Part shown: piece after piece, positions 48,431 to 63,160 of the stretch | Position numbering within the stretch: the first letter of the stretch is position 1 | How the letters are laid out: the number at the start of each line of letters is the position of its first letter | Assembly (NCBI GenBank): GCA_964016885.1 | Contig: OZ024766.1 | Location: 11,904,001-11,968,000, forward strand | From: Eledone cirrhosa | Taxonomy: Eukaryota | Length of the DNA: 64,000 bases | Direction: 5' to 3' | Notes under the pieces: generated by a model | Seen by the model: the letters and a program-made list of their open reading frames with translations, nothing else | Databases searched by the model: none | Told to the model about the DNA's origin: nothing | Position numbers and translations under genes: made by a program

Positions 48431-49377
48431 TATCATCATCATCATCATCATCACCGTTTTACGTCCATTCTTCCACGCTAGCATGGGTTAGACGGCTTGT
48501 CCTGTTGTGGGAATTGTCCGGTCGGCTGACCTTGTCTTGCTCATACAGGAACTGATTCTGTCTTGATTTCTACAGCTGGATGCCCTTCCTAACACCAACC
48601 TCATTTACAGTGAGTGCTGGGTGCTTTATTGCCGTGGCACCTCCACAACCACTTTACAGTGAATGCTGGGTGCTTTTTTGCCGTGGCATCTCCACAACCA
48701 CTTTACAGTAAATGCTGGGTGCTTTTTTGCCATGGCACCTCCACGACCACTTTACAGTGTGGGCTGGGTGCTTTTTTGCCATGGCACCTCCACGACCACT
48801 TTACAGTGTCGGCTGGGTTCCTTTTTACTGTGGCACCTCCATGACCACTTTACAGTGTGGGCTGGGTGCTTTTTTACCGTGACACCTCCACGACCAGTTT
48901 ACAGTGTGGGCTGGGTGCTTTTTTACTGTGGCACCTCTATGACCACTTTACAGTGAGTGCTGGGTGCTTTTTTACCGTGGCACCTCCACGACCACTTTAC
49001 AGTGAATACTGGGTTCCTTTTTACTGTGGCACCTCCACAACCACTTTACAGTGTGAATGCTGGGTTCCTTTTTACTCTGGCACCTTCATGACCACTCTAC
49101 AGTGTGGGCTGGGTGGTTTTTTACCGTGGCACCTCCACGACCACTTTACAGTGAATGCTGGGTTCCTTTTTACTGTGGCACCTCCATGACCACTTTACAG
49201 TGTGGGCTGGGTGCTTTTTTACCCTGGCACCTCCACGACTAGTTTACAGTGTGGGCTGGGTGCTTTTTTACTGTGGCACCTCTATGACCACTTTACAGTG
49301 TGAGCTGGTTGCTTTTTTACCCTGGCACCTCCACGACCAGTTTACAGTGTGGGCTGGTTGCTTTTTTACCCTGGCAC
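48431..49377 (-). mobile_element. RTE family B 3' UTR with about 15 tandem 47-49-bp modules
   Basis: Matches 35035-35290 and 13270-15065. Confidence 0.88.
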
Positions 49378-49381
49378 ACAC

Positions 49382-49456
<75 letters not shown>

Positions 49457-49802
49457 TACATACACATATATATACACACACATATCAGCATATTTGTTGA
49501 CAACTCAATGGTGATAGTAAATTCGAGAAAATGAATTTTTGAAGCCTTTGTCACTATTTAGACAACAGAAGCTAATCTAATACCGAGGTACACTTATCCA
49601 CCCCACCACTCTCGCTACACATCCATCCCTGCCACCCGCTCCCCTTCCCAATCCTCCTCTCTTTGTTCTGTTTCTTTAATGACTCGACTCTGCCCGTTAA
49701 CAAGTGTTGGTCACTGATTGCTAATTAAGGTCGAGAATTTTTGCTTTGTTCATTCATTAGGACAGATTTTTTTTTTTTTTTACTATCTTCACTATACTAT
49801 AT

Positions 49803-49939
49803 CTACTACTACTACTACTACTGCTACTGTTGCTCCTACTACTACTACTGCTACTACTATTACTGCTGCTGTTACTACTACTACTACTACTGCTGCTCCT
49901 GCTACTACTTCTACTACTACCACTACCACCACCACTACC

Positions 49940-49997
<58 letters not shown>

Positions 49998-50100
49998 TTA
50001 TTACTGCTGCTGCTACTACTACTACTGCTGCTCCTGCTACTACTTCTACTACTACCACTACCACCACCACCACTACTACTACCACCACCAACACAACAAC
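49803..50100. repeat. (CTA/CTG/CCA)n trinucleotide tract
   Basis: Seen directly in the sequence. Confidence 0.95.
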
Positions 50101-50306
50101 ACGGTAACACCACCATAGATACATATATATATGTATATATATATATCATCATCATCATATATGTATATATATATATATATAGAGGTGTATGTGTGTATAT
50201 ATATATATATGTTTATCCCAGGTTCAATTGGGAATAACCACAGTGAGTAAAGTACTCAATACATAGCAGAGTTAAATATATATATATGTATACATATATA
50301 CATATA

Positions 50307-50918
50307 TGGTGGCTGCCAACTCGTTTTCGAGTACGGCCACTACTTTATATCCATGTAGGAGAACCCCGACCAATGCGCTGAACGAGTGTGACTTTTCAGT
50401 CCAGCCAGCGACTTGAAAACTCTGGTACAAACACTACACTTGTGACAATTACTGACACAAAGTGCTGGGCCCATGGTACCATGTGACGACAAGTGCAGAG
50501 AGATCTCCAGATATAAAGCAATGCCTGTGCCGTGAAGCTTTTATAGTGAGCAAAGGCACTGCACAAAGCCAGTCCCACTCTCTTAACCAAGATGATATTT
50601 ACCAAAAAGAAGAACAAGTCAACATCATTGGATACCATCAGGGTTGCAGGTGTTATATCAGAGTTTTCCTTCTCCTAGAATTCTGCCTTGACAAAGGCTA
50701 AGGGGTCATCTCTCCCGGTGATTTTGGATGGCCATTGACTCTTAAGAGCTCCTTTGCCCTTTGACACGTTTTGTTTTTAGTCCTGCAGGATGTCCAAAGT
50801 CACCCTCCTCACCAAGAAACCTTGGTGGGGTTGCCAGTTTAGTCGCCAACGACCTGACTATGGGACAGGTTGTACTGGGATACATGTTACCATGAGACAA
50901 GTTGTACTGGGATACATG
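50307..50918 (-). mobile_element. ~600-bp interspersed element, 5' end rearranged
   Basis: Reverse complement of 41460-42040. Confidence 0.85.
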
Positions 50919-50939
50919 TATATATATATATACATACAC

Positions 50940-51415
50940 ACATCATCATCATTTTACATCCACTTTTCCCTACTTGCAAGGGTGGGATGGGTCCTATTCA
51001 GCACAGCATCTCTCCGCTTGTCACGGTCCTTCGACATCTCCTCCATGAGCTTCAGCAATCTCAGGTCAGCTCTCACCACCTCCGCCCATGTTTTTTGTGG
51101 TCTACCTCTGCCGCGTCTTCCTTCTACTGGGATTTCTTACCACTTCTTTACCCAGCGGTCATGTTCCATGTGTATGGACATGTGATGCACATGGAGGATG
51201 ACCGCTGGGTAAAGAAGTGACAAGAAATCCCAGTAGAAGGAAGACGCAGTAGAGTAAGACCACGGAAATCATGGTCGGAGGTGATGAGAGCTGACCTCAG
51301 ATCGCTGAAACTCACAAAGGAGATGACGAAGGACCGTGACGAATGGAGAGATGCTAAATAGGACCCCTCCCACCCTTGCAAGCAGGGAAACGCGGATGTA
51401 AAATGATGATGATGT
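50940..51415. mobile_element. Two RTE family C 3' fragments joined head-to-head
   Basis: 50940-51170 (-) and 51172-51415 (+) both match 56690-56935, including tails. Confidence 0.85.
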
Positions 51416-51435
51416 AAAATGATGGTGATATATAT

Positions 51436-51700
51436 ACGAAACAAATGAGGTCGTGTAGGTGTCACGACAAAAAAACACACAGTCCACGCTGTAATGTGGC
51501 CGTGTAGGTAACACGGTAAAAACCTCCCAGTCCGCACTGTAAACATGGTTGGTGTTAGGAAGGACATCCAGCTGTAGAAAACCCGCCAGACAGTCCTATA
51601 CGAGCAAGACAACCACTCTTACCTCAAGTGGGAAAACTCCCGTCCAGACCCATGCAAGCGTGGAACATGGACGTTAAACGATGATGATTATGATTATGAT
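51436..51700 (+). mobile_element. RTE family A-type 3' UTR fragment
   Basis: Matches the reverse complement of 42805-43065. Confidence 0.8.
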
Positions 51701-51765
51701 GAAATACAACTACCATCGATTAGATCCTCCCAGTGTATTACTGGTAATATATATATATATATATG

Positions 51766-52075
51766 TCTAGGGCGGGTAAAATTCCACGAGATCCATGGAC
51801 GAGTTCTCTCCAGCGGTCTCTGTCCCTCATTATCGCTGCCATGTCCTGCGTCTCCAACAGACCAGTGTCTGTCCTTAGGGCATCAACATACGTTAACCTT
51901 GGTCTACCTCTTCCAGTGTGTCCATGTAGGGGCTCCCACAGGAAAACTGAGTGCAGTGTCAACTCTGGATGTCGGTGAACATGTCCAGCTAACCTCAGTC
52001 TCCTCTCTGTCACTTTCTAGCTGACTTTTGGCTGGCTCTCGTACAGTATACCCTGAGGATGAAGAACTCAGAGCT
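51766..52075 (-). mobile_element. RTE family D 3' fragment
   Basis: RRLRLAGHVHRH...[19 protein letters not shown]. Confidence 0.85.
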
Positions 52076-52231
52076 GATATATATATATATATATCCACTT
52101 TTCTAAAAAAAATCATACACAAAACGTTTTGCAAGAGATGTCAACATGAAAGGACCTGTTATTTTTATCTAAAGACATATTTTCCTATTGGAACCCTACC
52201 GTCCCGTCAATCTATCTTATTTCTCATTCTT

Positions 52232-52267
52232 TCTTCTGATGAAGGACTGGCGTCCGAAACGTAAAGA
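52232..52267 (+). ncRNA. Minimal type I hammerhead ribozyme motif in a pLTR-like fragment
   Basis: TCTT-CTGATGA-A-GGAC TGGC GTCC-GAAA-CG-TA-AAGA; GUA triplet. Confidence 0.8.
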
Positions 52268-52351
52268 CCCTCTTCCAACTAATATATACCTTCCTTATGC
52301 TGTACTGATTGTGTTGTTATTTCTGTTTACCTTTTACATACATATATATAT

Positions 52352-53085
52352 GGAGGCACATGGCTTAGTGGTTAGAGCATTGGCCTTGCCATCGAAAGGT
52401 TGTGAGTTCAATTCTCAGACCGGGAGATGTGTTGTTTCCTTGAGCAAGACACTTTATTTCACATTGCTCCAGTTTACTCAGCTGTAGAAATGAGATGATA
52501 GGGACTGGGGTCCCTATCATTCCACTGCAAAGTGGTCGTGGAGGTGCCACAGCAAAAAAGCACCCAGCCCACACTGTAAAGTGGTCGTGGAGGTGCCACG
52601 GCAAAAAAGCACCCAGCACTCACTGTAAAGTGGTTGTGGAGGTGCCACAGCAAAAAAGCACCCAGCCCACACTGTAAAGTGGTCGTGGAGGTGCAACGGC
52701 AAAAAAGCACCCAGCCCACACTGTAAAGTGGTCGTGGAGGTGCCACGGCAAAAAAGCACCCAGCCCACACTGTAAAGTGGTCGTGGAGGTGCCACGGCAA
52801 AAAAGCACCCAGCCCACACTGTAAAGTGGTCGTGGAGGTGCCACGGCAAAAAAGCACCCAGCCCACACTGTAAAGTGGTCGTGGAGGTGCCACGGCAAAA
52901 AAGCACCCAGCCCACACTGTAAAGTAGACGTGGAGGTGCCACGGCAAAAAAAGCACCCAGCACTCACTGTAAATGAGGTTGGTGTTAGGAAGGGCATCCA
53001 GCTGTAGAAATCAAGCCAGAATCAGTTCCCGTCCCACCCTGGCAAGCAGGGAAAAGCGGACGTAAAATGAAATGATGATGATGAT
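52352..53085 (+). mobile_element. tRNA-derived CORE-like SINE with about 9 internal tandem 49-bp modules
   Basis: SINE head and tail intact; array at 52523-52970. Confidence 0.92.
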
Positions 53086-53212
53086 ATATATATATGTATG
53101 TATGTATTATGTATGTATGTAAAAGGTAAACAGAAATAACATATATATATGCAATGCTTGTCATATGCAAAGTCCATTTATGGTGCAGCCTTGACTTCGT
53201 TCCTGCTGGCTA

Positions 53213-53263
<51 letters not shown>

Positions 53264-53273
53264 TATGTATATA

Positions 53274-53317
<44 letters not shown>

Positions 53318-53512
53318 TATGTATATATGTGTGTGTGCGTGTGTGAATATATGTGTGTGTGTGAATATATATATATATATGTGTGTGTGTGTATGTATAT
53401 ATGTATATGTGTGCGAATATATATATATATATACATGTGTGTATATATGTGTATGTGTGTGTGTATATATGTGTGTGTGCAAATATATATATATATACAC
53501 GTGTGTGTGTGT

Positions 53513-53560
<48 letters not shown>

Positions 53561-53911
53561 TATGTATATATGTGTGTGTGCGTGTGTGAATATATGTGTG
53601 TGTGTGAATATATATATATATGTGTGTGTGTATGTATATATGAATATGTGTGCGAATATATATATATATATACATGTGTGTATATATGTGTATGTGTGTG
53701 TGTATATATGTGTGTGTGCAAATATATATATATATACACATGTGTGTGTGTATATGTGTATGTTATGTGTGCATATATATATATATACGTGTGTGCATGT
53801 GTATATATGTGTGTGTGCAAATATATATATATATATACATGTGTGTGTGTGTGTGTGTATATATGTGTGTGTGCAAATATATATATACATGTGTGTGTGT
53901 ATATATGTGTA

Positions 53912-53953
<42 letters not shown>

Positions 53954-54006
53954 AGTGTGTATATGTGTGTGTGAGTAAATATATATATATATACATGTGT
54001 ATGTAT

Positions 54007-55507
54007 ATCATCATCATCAACGTTTAACGTCCGTGTTCCACGCTTGCATGGGTTTGGACGGGGGTAGTCCCACTTGAGGCAAGAGTGATTGTCTTGCTCG
54101 CATAGGACTGTCTGGCAGGTTTTCTACAGTTGGATGCCCTTCCTAACACCAACCACATTTACAGTGTGGGTCTGGGAGGTTTTTACCGTGTTGCCTACAC
54201 GGCCACATTACAGCGTGGACTGTGTGTTTTTTTGTCGTGACACCTACACGATCTCATTTGTTTCGGCCTGGATGGCGCGGCACCAACATAACTTTACATA
54301 GGACGGGGTGGTGTGGATGGGTGGGGGTGGTGGCGGGACGGGGTGTATTTTGTTAGAGATGCCTACTGGCAAGGCGGGTCTTCTCTGTTACTGAGTACCG
54401 CCAAAGGTCTCGGTCCAGTGACATTGTCTTGGAGAGGTGTAAGTGTGTGAGGTCGGAGTTTATCAGCTCGTCCCAGGTTTTTCTAGGTCTGCCTATTCCG
54501 TGGCTACCGTCTATCTTTATTGCCCTGCACTTTGTTATACAGCTATCGACTTTCATGCGCATCACGTGTCCATACCAACGTAGCCTTCTCTCGAGTAAAC
54601 AACATCTGATCCCTCTTATCTCTAATTTTTTCCTTAGTTCGTTTATGCTTTGCCGTTCACGTATATTACTGTTACACATCCAGCGGAGCATGCAAGCTTC
54701 GTTCCTCTCTAGTCTGCGTATATCCTCTGCACACAATGCCCAGGTCTCACTACCATGCAACATTGCTGTTCGTATGCAGGCATCGTACAACCTGCCTTTC
54801 ATTTTTAGGGAGAACCCTTTAGCAGCTAATAGTGGTATAAGCTCTCTGAACTTTTTCCAACCAGTTCTGACTCTAGCTACAGTACTTTCAGAGCACCCTC
54901 CCCCACTGCTGATTTTATCGCCCAGGTAACGGAAGCTGTCCACTATTTCTATAGAACCCTCTGCGCAATTGAAAGAGCTAGTATTATGTGGGCACTTGCT
55001 GCTACTTATTGCACCAGAACACCGGCCACATGTAAAATCTATGTTCTTAGTTAGCTTACCTGTGATCCCACTACATCTTTTATGCACCCATACTTTGCAT
55101 TTAGGACATAAAATGGAGTTTCTACCTACGCCTTTCCTACACACCGAGCACGACCATTTCCCAGAAGGGACCGCCGCCTTGTTTGCTTTCCTACAAACTA
55201 GAACTTTGGTCTTAGCCAGGTTAATTTTAAGTCCTTTTGACTCTAGGCCGTGCTTCCATGTTTGGAATTTCTTCTCTAGCTCGACCATTGATTCCGCTAT
55301 GAGTGTCAGGTCGTCTGCGTATAGGAGTTCCCATGGGCAGCCGGTCTTGAACTCCTCTGTTATAGCCTGAAGGGCAATAATAAATAGTAGGGGGCTGAGA
55401 ACAGATCCCTGATGGACGCCAACTTTTACGCTAAACTCTTCACTATATTCGTTGTTAATTCTAACCTTGCTGACTGTTTCTTTATACATGGCTTGTATAG
55501 CCCTCAC
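54007..55507 (-). mobile_element. RTE family A, 5'-truncated copy
   Basis: Near-identical to 42805-44335; frame open from the RT (YADD) to the C-terminus. Confidence 0.95.
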
Positions 55508-55814
55508 ATATATATATATATATATATACGTGTGTGTGTGTGTATATATGTGTGTATATATGTGTGTGTGCAAATATATATATATATACATGTGTGTGTG
55601 TGTATGTATGTGTATGTGTGCAAATATATATATATACATGTGTATATGTGTGTGTATATATGTGTATGTGTGCAAATATATATATATATACATGTGTGTG
55701 TATATATGTGTGTGTGCAAATATATATATATATACATGTGTGTGTGTGTATGTGTGTGTATGTGTGTATATGTGTGCATATATATACATGTGTGTATACG
55801 TGTGTATATATGTG

Positions 55815-55871
<57 letters not shown>

Positions 55872-56086
55872 TCTGTGTGTGTGTATAAATGTGTATATGT
55901 GCAAATATATATATATACATGTGTGTGTGTGTGTGTGTGTATATATATGTATGTGTGCAAATATATATATATATATACATGTGTGTGTGTATATATGTGT
56001 ATGTGTGTAAATATATATATATAAAATATATATATATAAAAATATATATATATAAAAATATATATATATAAAAATATATATATATA

Positions 56087-56940
56087 AAACCCTGATTCCG
56101 TCAGGGAAATGGCCATGTTCGATATGCAGAAAAGGAACTGGCATAAATTCTATAAAACGCACACAATGCAGGTCCTGGGTACGCAAGAGATGTAGCGGGA
56201 TAGCAGGAAAACTAACAGGTAGGGAGAAATATGTATGCAGTAGATGTACAGGGAAATTAGACAGTAGAAGTCGCACTGATAGACACATTTTTCAAATGCG
56301 AGAGGGCGCTATACAAGTGGTGGATAGCTTCCGGTACCTAGGAGATCAGATTAGCATGGGAGGAGGGTGTTCCGAGGCCATAGTATCTAGAATAAGGACG
56401 GGTTGGAAGAAGTTTAGGGAGCTGCTTCCTCTGTTGACGAAGAAGGGTTTCTCCCTGCGTACGAAAGGCTGGTTGTATGATGCCTGTGTGAGGAGCGCGA
56501 TGCTGCATGGTAGTGAGACATGGGCAGCAACTGCAGAGGATATGCGACGGCTGGAGAGAAATGAGGCAAGCATGCTCCGTTGGATGTGCAGTGTAAATGT
56601 CCGTGAACGACCCAGCATAAATGTGTTGAGAGAGAAACTGTGTCTGAGAGGGATAGAATGTAGTGTACGGGAGAGGAGACTGAGGTGGTATGGACATGTG
56701 ATGCGCATGGAGGATGACCGATGGGTGAAGAAGTGCCAGGAAATGCCAGTTGAAGGAAGACGTGGTAGAGGTAGACCACGAAAAACATGGGCGGAGGTGG
56801 TGAGAACAGACCTCAGATCATTGAAGCTCACGGTGGAGATGACGAGGGACCGTGACGAGTGGAGAGATGCTGTGCTGAATAAGACCCGTCCCACCCTTGC
56901 AAGCAGGGAAAAGCGGACGTAAAATGATGATGATGATGAT
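56087..56940 (+). mobile_element. RTE family C, 5'-truncated copy
   Basis: [11 protein letters not shown]...[19 protein letters not shown]; stop codon directly at the (TGA)n tail. Confidence 0.93.
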
Positions 56941-57139
56941 ATATGTGTCTGTGTGTGTGTGCATATATATATATATACACACGTGTGTGTGTGTGTGTAT
57001 TTTTGTGTATGTGTGCATATATATATATATATATATACATTGTGTGTGTGTGTATATATGTCTATGTCTGCATAATATATATATATACATGTGTGTGTGT
57101 GTGTATATATTATGTTTACATGTATTTTAGTTTTCACAT

Positions 57140-57202
<63 letters not shown>

Positions 57203-57436
57203 TATATATATATACATATATATTAGTAACCAGGTTGTTGTCCACTTGACATATTTATTTTTGAAGGTGTTTTGTCACACATCTTGTGACCTTCTCAATG
57301 AATACTCTTACCCATCCCTCTAACCCCTCTTGTTTCCAATCTATTCTAAACTCTGTGTTTTGTTTTGTTGTAGACATGAATAACTAGGATTTGATTGTAT
57401 CAGTTCTGAAAATAGAATTTGGTGTTTGGTTTGTGT

Positions 57437-57476
<40 letters not shown>

Positions 57477-57607
57477 GTTTCTATGTGTGTATATATACAT
57501 GTGTGTTTGTGTGTGTATATATATATATATATATAATGAAAAATTGAACAGGGACAGAACAGAGAGGCAGTACGATAAATGTTTATTAAATTCACGCTCA
57601 TAGAAAC

Positions 57608-57659
<52 letters not shown>

Positions 57660-57682
57660 GTTTCTATGTGTGTATATATACA

Positions 57683-57714
<32 letters not shown>

Positions 57715-57748
57715 CATGTTTCTATGTGTGTATATATACATGTGTGTT

Positions 57749-57786
<38 letters not shown>

Positions 57787-57789
57787 CAT

Positions 57790-57839
<50 letters not shown>

Positions 57840-57870
57840 GTTTCTATGTGTGTATATATACATGTGTCTT

Positions 57871-57903
<33 letters not shown>

Positions 57904-57934
57904 GTATACATGTTTCTATGTGTGTATATATACA

Positions 57935-57979
<45 letters not shown>

Positions 57980-58008
57980 GTTTCTATATGTGTATATATA
58001 CGTGTGTT

Positions 58009-58040
<32 letters not shown>

Positions 58041-58074
58041 CATGTTTCTATGTGTGTATATATACATGTGTGTT

Positions 58075-58129
<55 letters not shown>

Positions 58130-58156
58130 CTATGTGTGTATATATACATGTGTGTT

Positions 58157-58190
<34 letters not shown>

Positions 58191-58288
58191 CACGTTTCTA
58201 TGTGTGTATATATACATGTGTGTTTGTGTGTGTGTGTGTATGTATATATATATATATATATACATGTTTCTATGTGTGTATATATACA

Positions 58289-58336
<48 letters not shown>

Positions 58337-58372
58337 TACATGTTTCTATGTGTGTATATATACACGTGTGTT

Positions 58373-58408
<36 letters not shown>

Positions 58409-58700
58409 TATATATATATGTAATAGAATAATCGAGTATCGGAAAATCAGCTCACGAATTAACGATAAACAAATCCGATATGTGTGGCAGAGGGCTCAAT
58501 AATTTGGATAAATCAGAGCTATAACTATCGTGAAATTACCAACACATAGAGATTATGCTTAAAATCACCCGTACAGCCGAAAAAGAACGACCAGGAAGAT
58601 TCGGGTCACTCAAAAAAAATATCAATAAATCAATAATTATATATATATATATATGTGTATGTATATTATATATATATATATATATATATGTGTATATGTA

Positions 58701-58740
<40 letters not shown>

Positions 58741-58980
58741 ATATTATATATATATATATATATATGTATGTATATATTATATATATATATATATATATGT
58801 ATGTGTATGTATATATTATATATATATATATATATATGTATGTATATATTATATATATATATATATATATGTATGTATATATTATATATATATATATATA
58901 TGTATGTATATATTATATATATATATATATATATGTATGTGTATGTATATATTATATATATATATATATATGTATATGTA

Positions 58981-59122
<142 letters not shown>

Positions 59123-59190
59123 ATATTATATATACATACATATATATGTATGTATATGTTATATATATATATATATATGTATGTATATGT

Positions 59191-59225
<35 letters not shown>

Positions 59226-59331
59226 ATATTATATACATACATATATATGTATGTATATATTATATATATATATATACATACATACATATATATATATGTA
59301 TGTATATATTATATATATACATATAAATGTA

Positions 59332-59389
<58 letters not shown>

Positions 59390-59579
59390 CCTCCACTGTA
59401 CTCAGCATGATATAACCTTCACCTTGGCTCTTCCTAATCTTGTTATTTGGGGTGATTTATGCAGCAGAGACAAAGGATTATGTTGGTACAAAGTAAATAA
59501 CACCACAAGGAAGGGCCAGGCTGAATGTTGGCTTGTGTTGTAAATGTAGAGAGGAGTGTGCTGATATACATACATATAT

Positions 59580-60521
59580 ATCATCATCATCATCATCATC
59601 ATCAACGTTTAACGTCCGTGTTCCACGCTTGCATGGGTTTGGACGGGGGTAGTCCCACTTGAGGCAAGAGTGATTGTCTTGCTCGCATAGGACTGTCTGG
59701 CAGGTTTTCTACAGTTCGATGCCCTTCCTAACACCAACCACATTTACAGTGTGGGGCTGGGAGGTTTTTACCGTGTTGCCTACACGGCCACATTACAGCG
59801 TGGACTGTCTGGCAGGTTTTCTACAGCTGGATGCCCTTCCTAACACCAACCACATTTACAGTGTGGGTCTGGGAGGTTTTTACCGTGTTGCCTACACGGC
59901 CACATTACAGCGTGGACTGTCTGGCGGGTTTTCTACAGTTGGATGCCCTTCCTAACACCAACCACATTTACAGTGTGGGTCTGGGAGGTTTTTACTGTGT
60001 TGCCTACACGGCCACATTACAGCGTGGACTGTCTGGCAGGTTTTCTACAGCTGGATGCCCTTCCTAACACCAACCACATTTACAGTGTGGGTCTGGGAGG
60101 TTTTTACCGTGTTGCCTACATGGCCACATTACAGCGTGGACTGTCTGGCAGGTTTTCTACAGCTGGATGCCCTTCCTAACACCAACCACATTTACAGTGT
60201 GGGTCTGGGAGGTTTTTACCGTGTTGCCTACACGGCCACATTACAGCGTGGACTGTCTGGCAGGTTTTCTACAGCTGGATGCCCTTCCTAACACCAACCA
60301 CATTTACAGTGTGGGTCTGGGAGGTTTTTACCGTGTTGCCTACATGGCCACATTACAGCGTGGACTGTCTGGCGGGTTTTCTACAGCTGGATGCCCTTCC
60401 TAACACCAACCACATTTACAGTGTGGGTCTGGGAGGTTTTTACCGTGTTGCCTACACAGCCACATTACAGTGTGGACTGTCTGGCGGGTTTTCTACAGCT
60501 GGATGCCCTTCCTAACACCAA
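59580..60521 (-). mobile_element. RTE family A 3' UTR with about 7.5 tandem 112-bp modules
   Basis: Period of 112 (59831, 59943, 60055, 60167, 60279, 60391). Confidence 0.92.
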
Positions 60522-60701
60522 TATATATATATATATATACAAGGTATCGTTGAAGGTGAATCCAGTTAGAGGTTGGGAATACTCCGCATTGTGGATAGTT
60601 TTAGCGTACGGCGTTGTTTGACTCAACAAGAGGTTTCCTTAGTTAGGTGGCGAGTTTATGAGTTCTCGGGTGTTCCTATGTAAGTTAATCTTAAAAAAAA
60701 A

Positions 60702-61378
60702 AATAATTGTTTCTACTTCAGGCACATGGCCAGCAATTACCCCAGTGTATTACTGGTACTTTATTTTATCGACCCCGTAAAGACGAAAGGCAAAGTTAAC
60801 CTCGGCGGGATTTGAACTCAGACCGTAAAGGGACGTAACTCTATGCTTCAAAGCATGGTGTCTGACTCTCTACCGATACTGCCATTCCATATAATAATTA
60901 TTTCTACTTTTGGCACAAGGCCAGCAATTACCCCAGTGTATTACTGCTACTTTATTTTATCGACCCCGTAAGGATGAAAGGCAAAGTTAACCTCGGCGGG
61001 ATTTGAACTCAGACCGTAAAGGGACGTAACTTTATGCTTCAAAGCATGGCGTCTGACTCTCCACCGATACTGCCAATCCACAGTCCAAAAATTAAATTTC
61101 TCGAGATATTCCTGACTGAGATTGAACCCCAGACCAGCCCCTCTACTGTCTCAACACCTACTACTAGGGCCATAGAGAATGATACTTTGAATAAATAATT
61201 GTTTCTACGTTAGGCACAAGGCCAGCAATTACCCAGTACATTACTGGTACTTTATTTTATCGACCCTGAAAGGATGAAAGGCAAAGTTAACCTCGGTGGG
61301 ATTTGAACTCAGTCCGTAAAGGGACGTAACTATGCTGTAAAGCATGGCGTCCGACTCTCTACTGATACTGCCAATCCA
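60702..61378 (-). mobile_element. Three tRNA-derived Nin/Deu-domain-like SINE copies (60702-60888, 60893-61078, 61194-61378)
   Basis: Same family as 22298-22960. Confidence 0.82.
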
Positions 61379-61667
61379 AAAAAATAATAATAATAATGAA
61401 ATATTGTGTACAGTGCTCAGGTGCACTACAACTCATCAAAAGTGTATGTATAGTACATAGGGTAATGTACAAACGTCAGGAAAATGAACAGGAAAATGAT
61501 ATTGAAGTAATAAGAGTGAAAGTGGTCGGCTGTACAAAAAGGGTTTTATTTACAGTATTAACAATTGTTTCATTGGTTAACTTGTCTTAAAATTGGTAAT
61601 CACTTGAAGTTGTGTCACTCAATTTTAAATACGATGTATGCTTATTCTTCACTCTTTCACTATATAT

Positions 61668-62081
<414 letters not shown>

Positions 62082-62160
62082 AATTGAAATACTAGAGTGT
62101 GTTGGAGTTAAACACCCTCTTCGTATTATAGAAATGATAGTGCTTCTTATAGCTTTAATT

Positions 62161-62198
62161 GCCCTAATGAGTCCTTAATAGGACGAAACATTGTTGGC
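62161..62198 (+). ncRNA. Decayed hammerhead motif
   Basis: GCC-CTAATGA-GTCC TTAATA GGAC-GAAA-CATTG-TT-GGC; the G5A substitution in the core is expected to inactivate it. Confidence 0.55.
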
Positions 62199-62404
62199 TA
62201 ATAAAGACTTTTGATGTATTGAAGGCTTCTTTGGTTTATTTTCATAATATATATATATATACATATCATCATCATCATCATCATCATCATCATACGTCCG
62301 CTCTTCCCTGCTTGCAAGGGTGGGACGGGTCTTATTCAGCACTCAATCTCTCCACTTGTCACTGTCCTATATATATATATATTTTTTCCATTAACATTAC
62401 AAGG

Positions 62405-62489
62405 GGTCTGATGAGCTGTGGATTACAGAGTCGGGTCAGATCGATACAGATCGAACCTTGAGCTGATCAGTGGCGAAAAGCGCGTCACC
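62405..62489 (+). ncRNA. Type I hammerhead motif with greatly extended stem II
   Basis: GGT-CTGATGA-GCTG...(60 nt, nested pairings)...TGGC-GAAA-AGCGCG-TC-ACC, followed by AATAAA. Confidence 0.65.
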
Positions 62490-62599
62490 AACCAATAAAC
62501 GTAACGAAGGAGTAACCAATTGTCCTTGTTATCTTATTTCACTATATACACTCTGTCTAGCTCTACACCTCGACACTGAAGTGAACCTAAACATGGAGA

Positions 62600-63160
62600 G
62601 AATAAAAAAGTGCAGGGCAATAAAAATAGACGGTAGCCACGGAGTAGGCAGACCCAGAAAAACCTGGGACGACTTGATAAATTCCGACCTCACACACTTG
62701 CACCTCTCCAAGATAATGTCACTGGACCGAGACCTTTGGCGCTACACAGTAATAGAGAAGACCCGCCTTACCTAAGTACAAAGTGAAACCTACTACAGTC
62801 AGTAGGCACCTCTAACAAAAATACACCCCGGCTCCACTACCCCCACCTCATCCACACCACCCCTTCAATATAAAGTTATGTTGGTACCACAACATCCAGT
62901 CCTAAACAAATGAGATTGTGTAGGTGTCACGACAAAAAAACACACAGTCCACGCTGTAATGTGGCCGTGTAGGTAACACGGTAAAAACCTCCCAGGCCCA
63001 CACTGTAAACGTGGTTGGTGTTAGGAAGGGCATCCAGCCGTAGAAAACACGCCAGACAGTCCTATACGAGCAGGACAACCACTCTTGCCTCAAGTGGGAA
63101 AAGTCCCGTCCAAACCCATGCAAGCGTGGAAGATGGACGTTAAACGATGATGATGATGAT
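62600..63160 (+). mobile_element. RTE family A 3' fragment with complete 3' UTR
   Basis: [21 protein letters not shown]...EKTRLT*, followed by UTR and tail. Confidence 0.9.
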
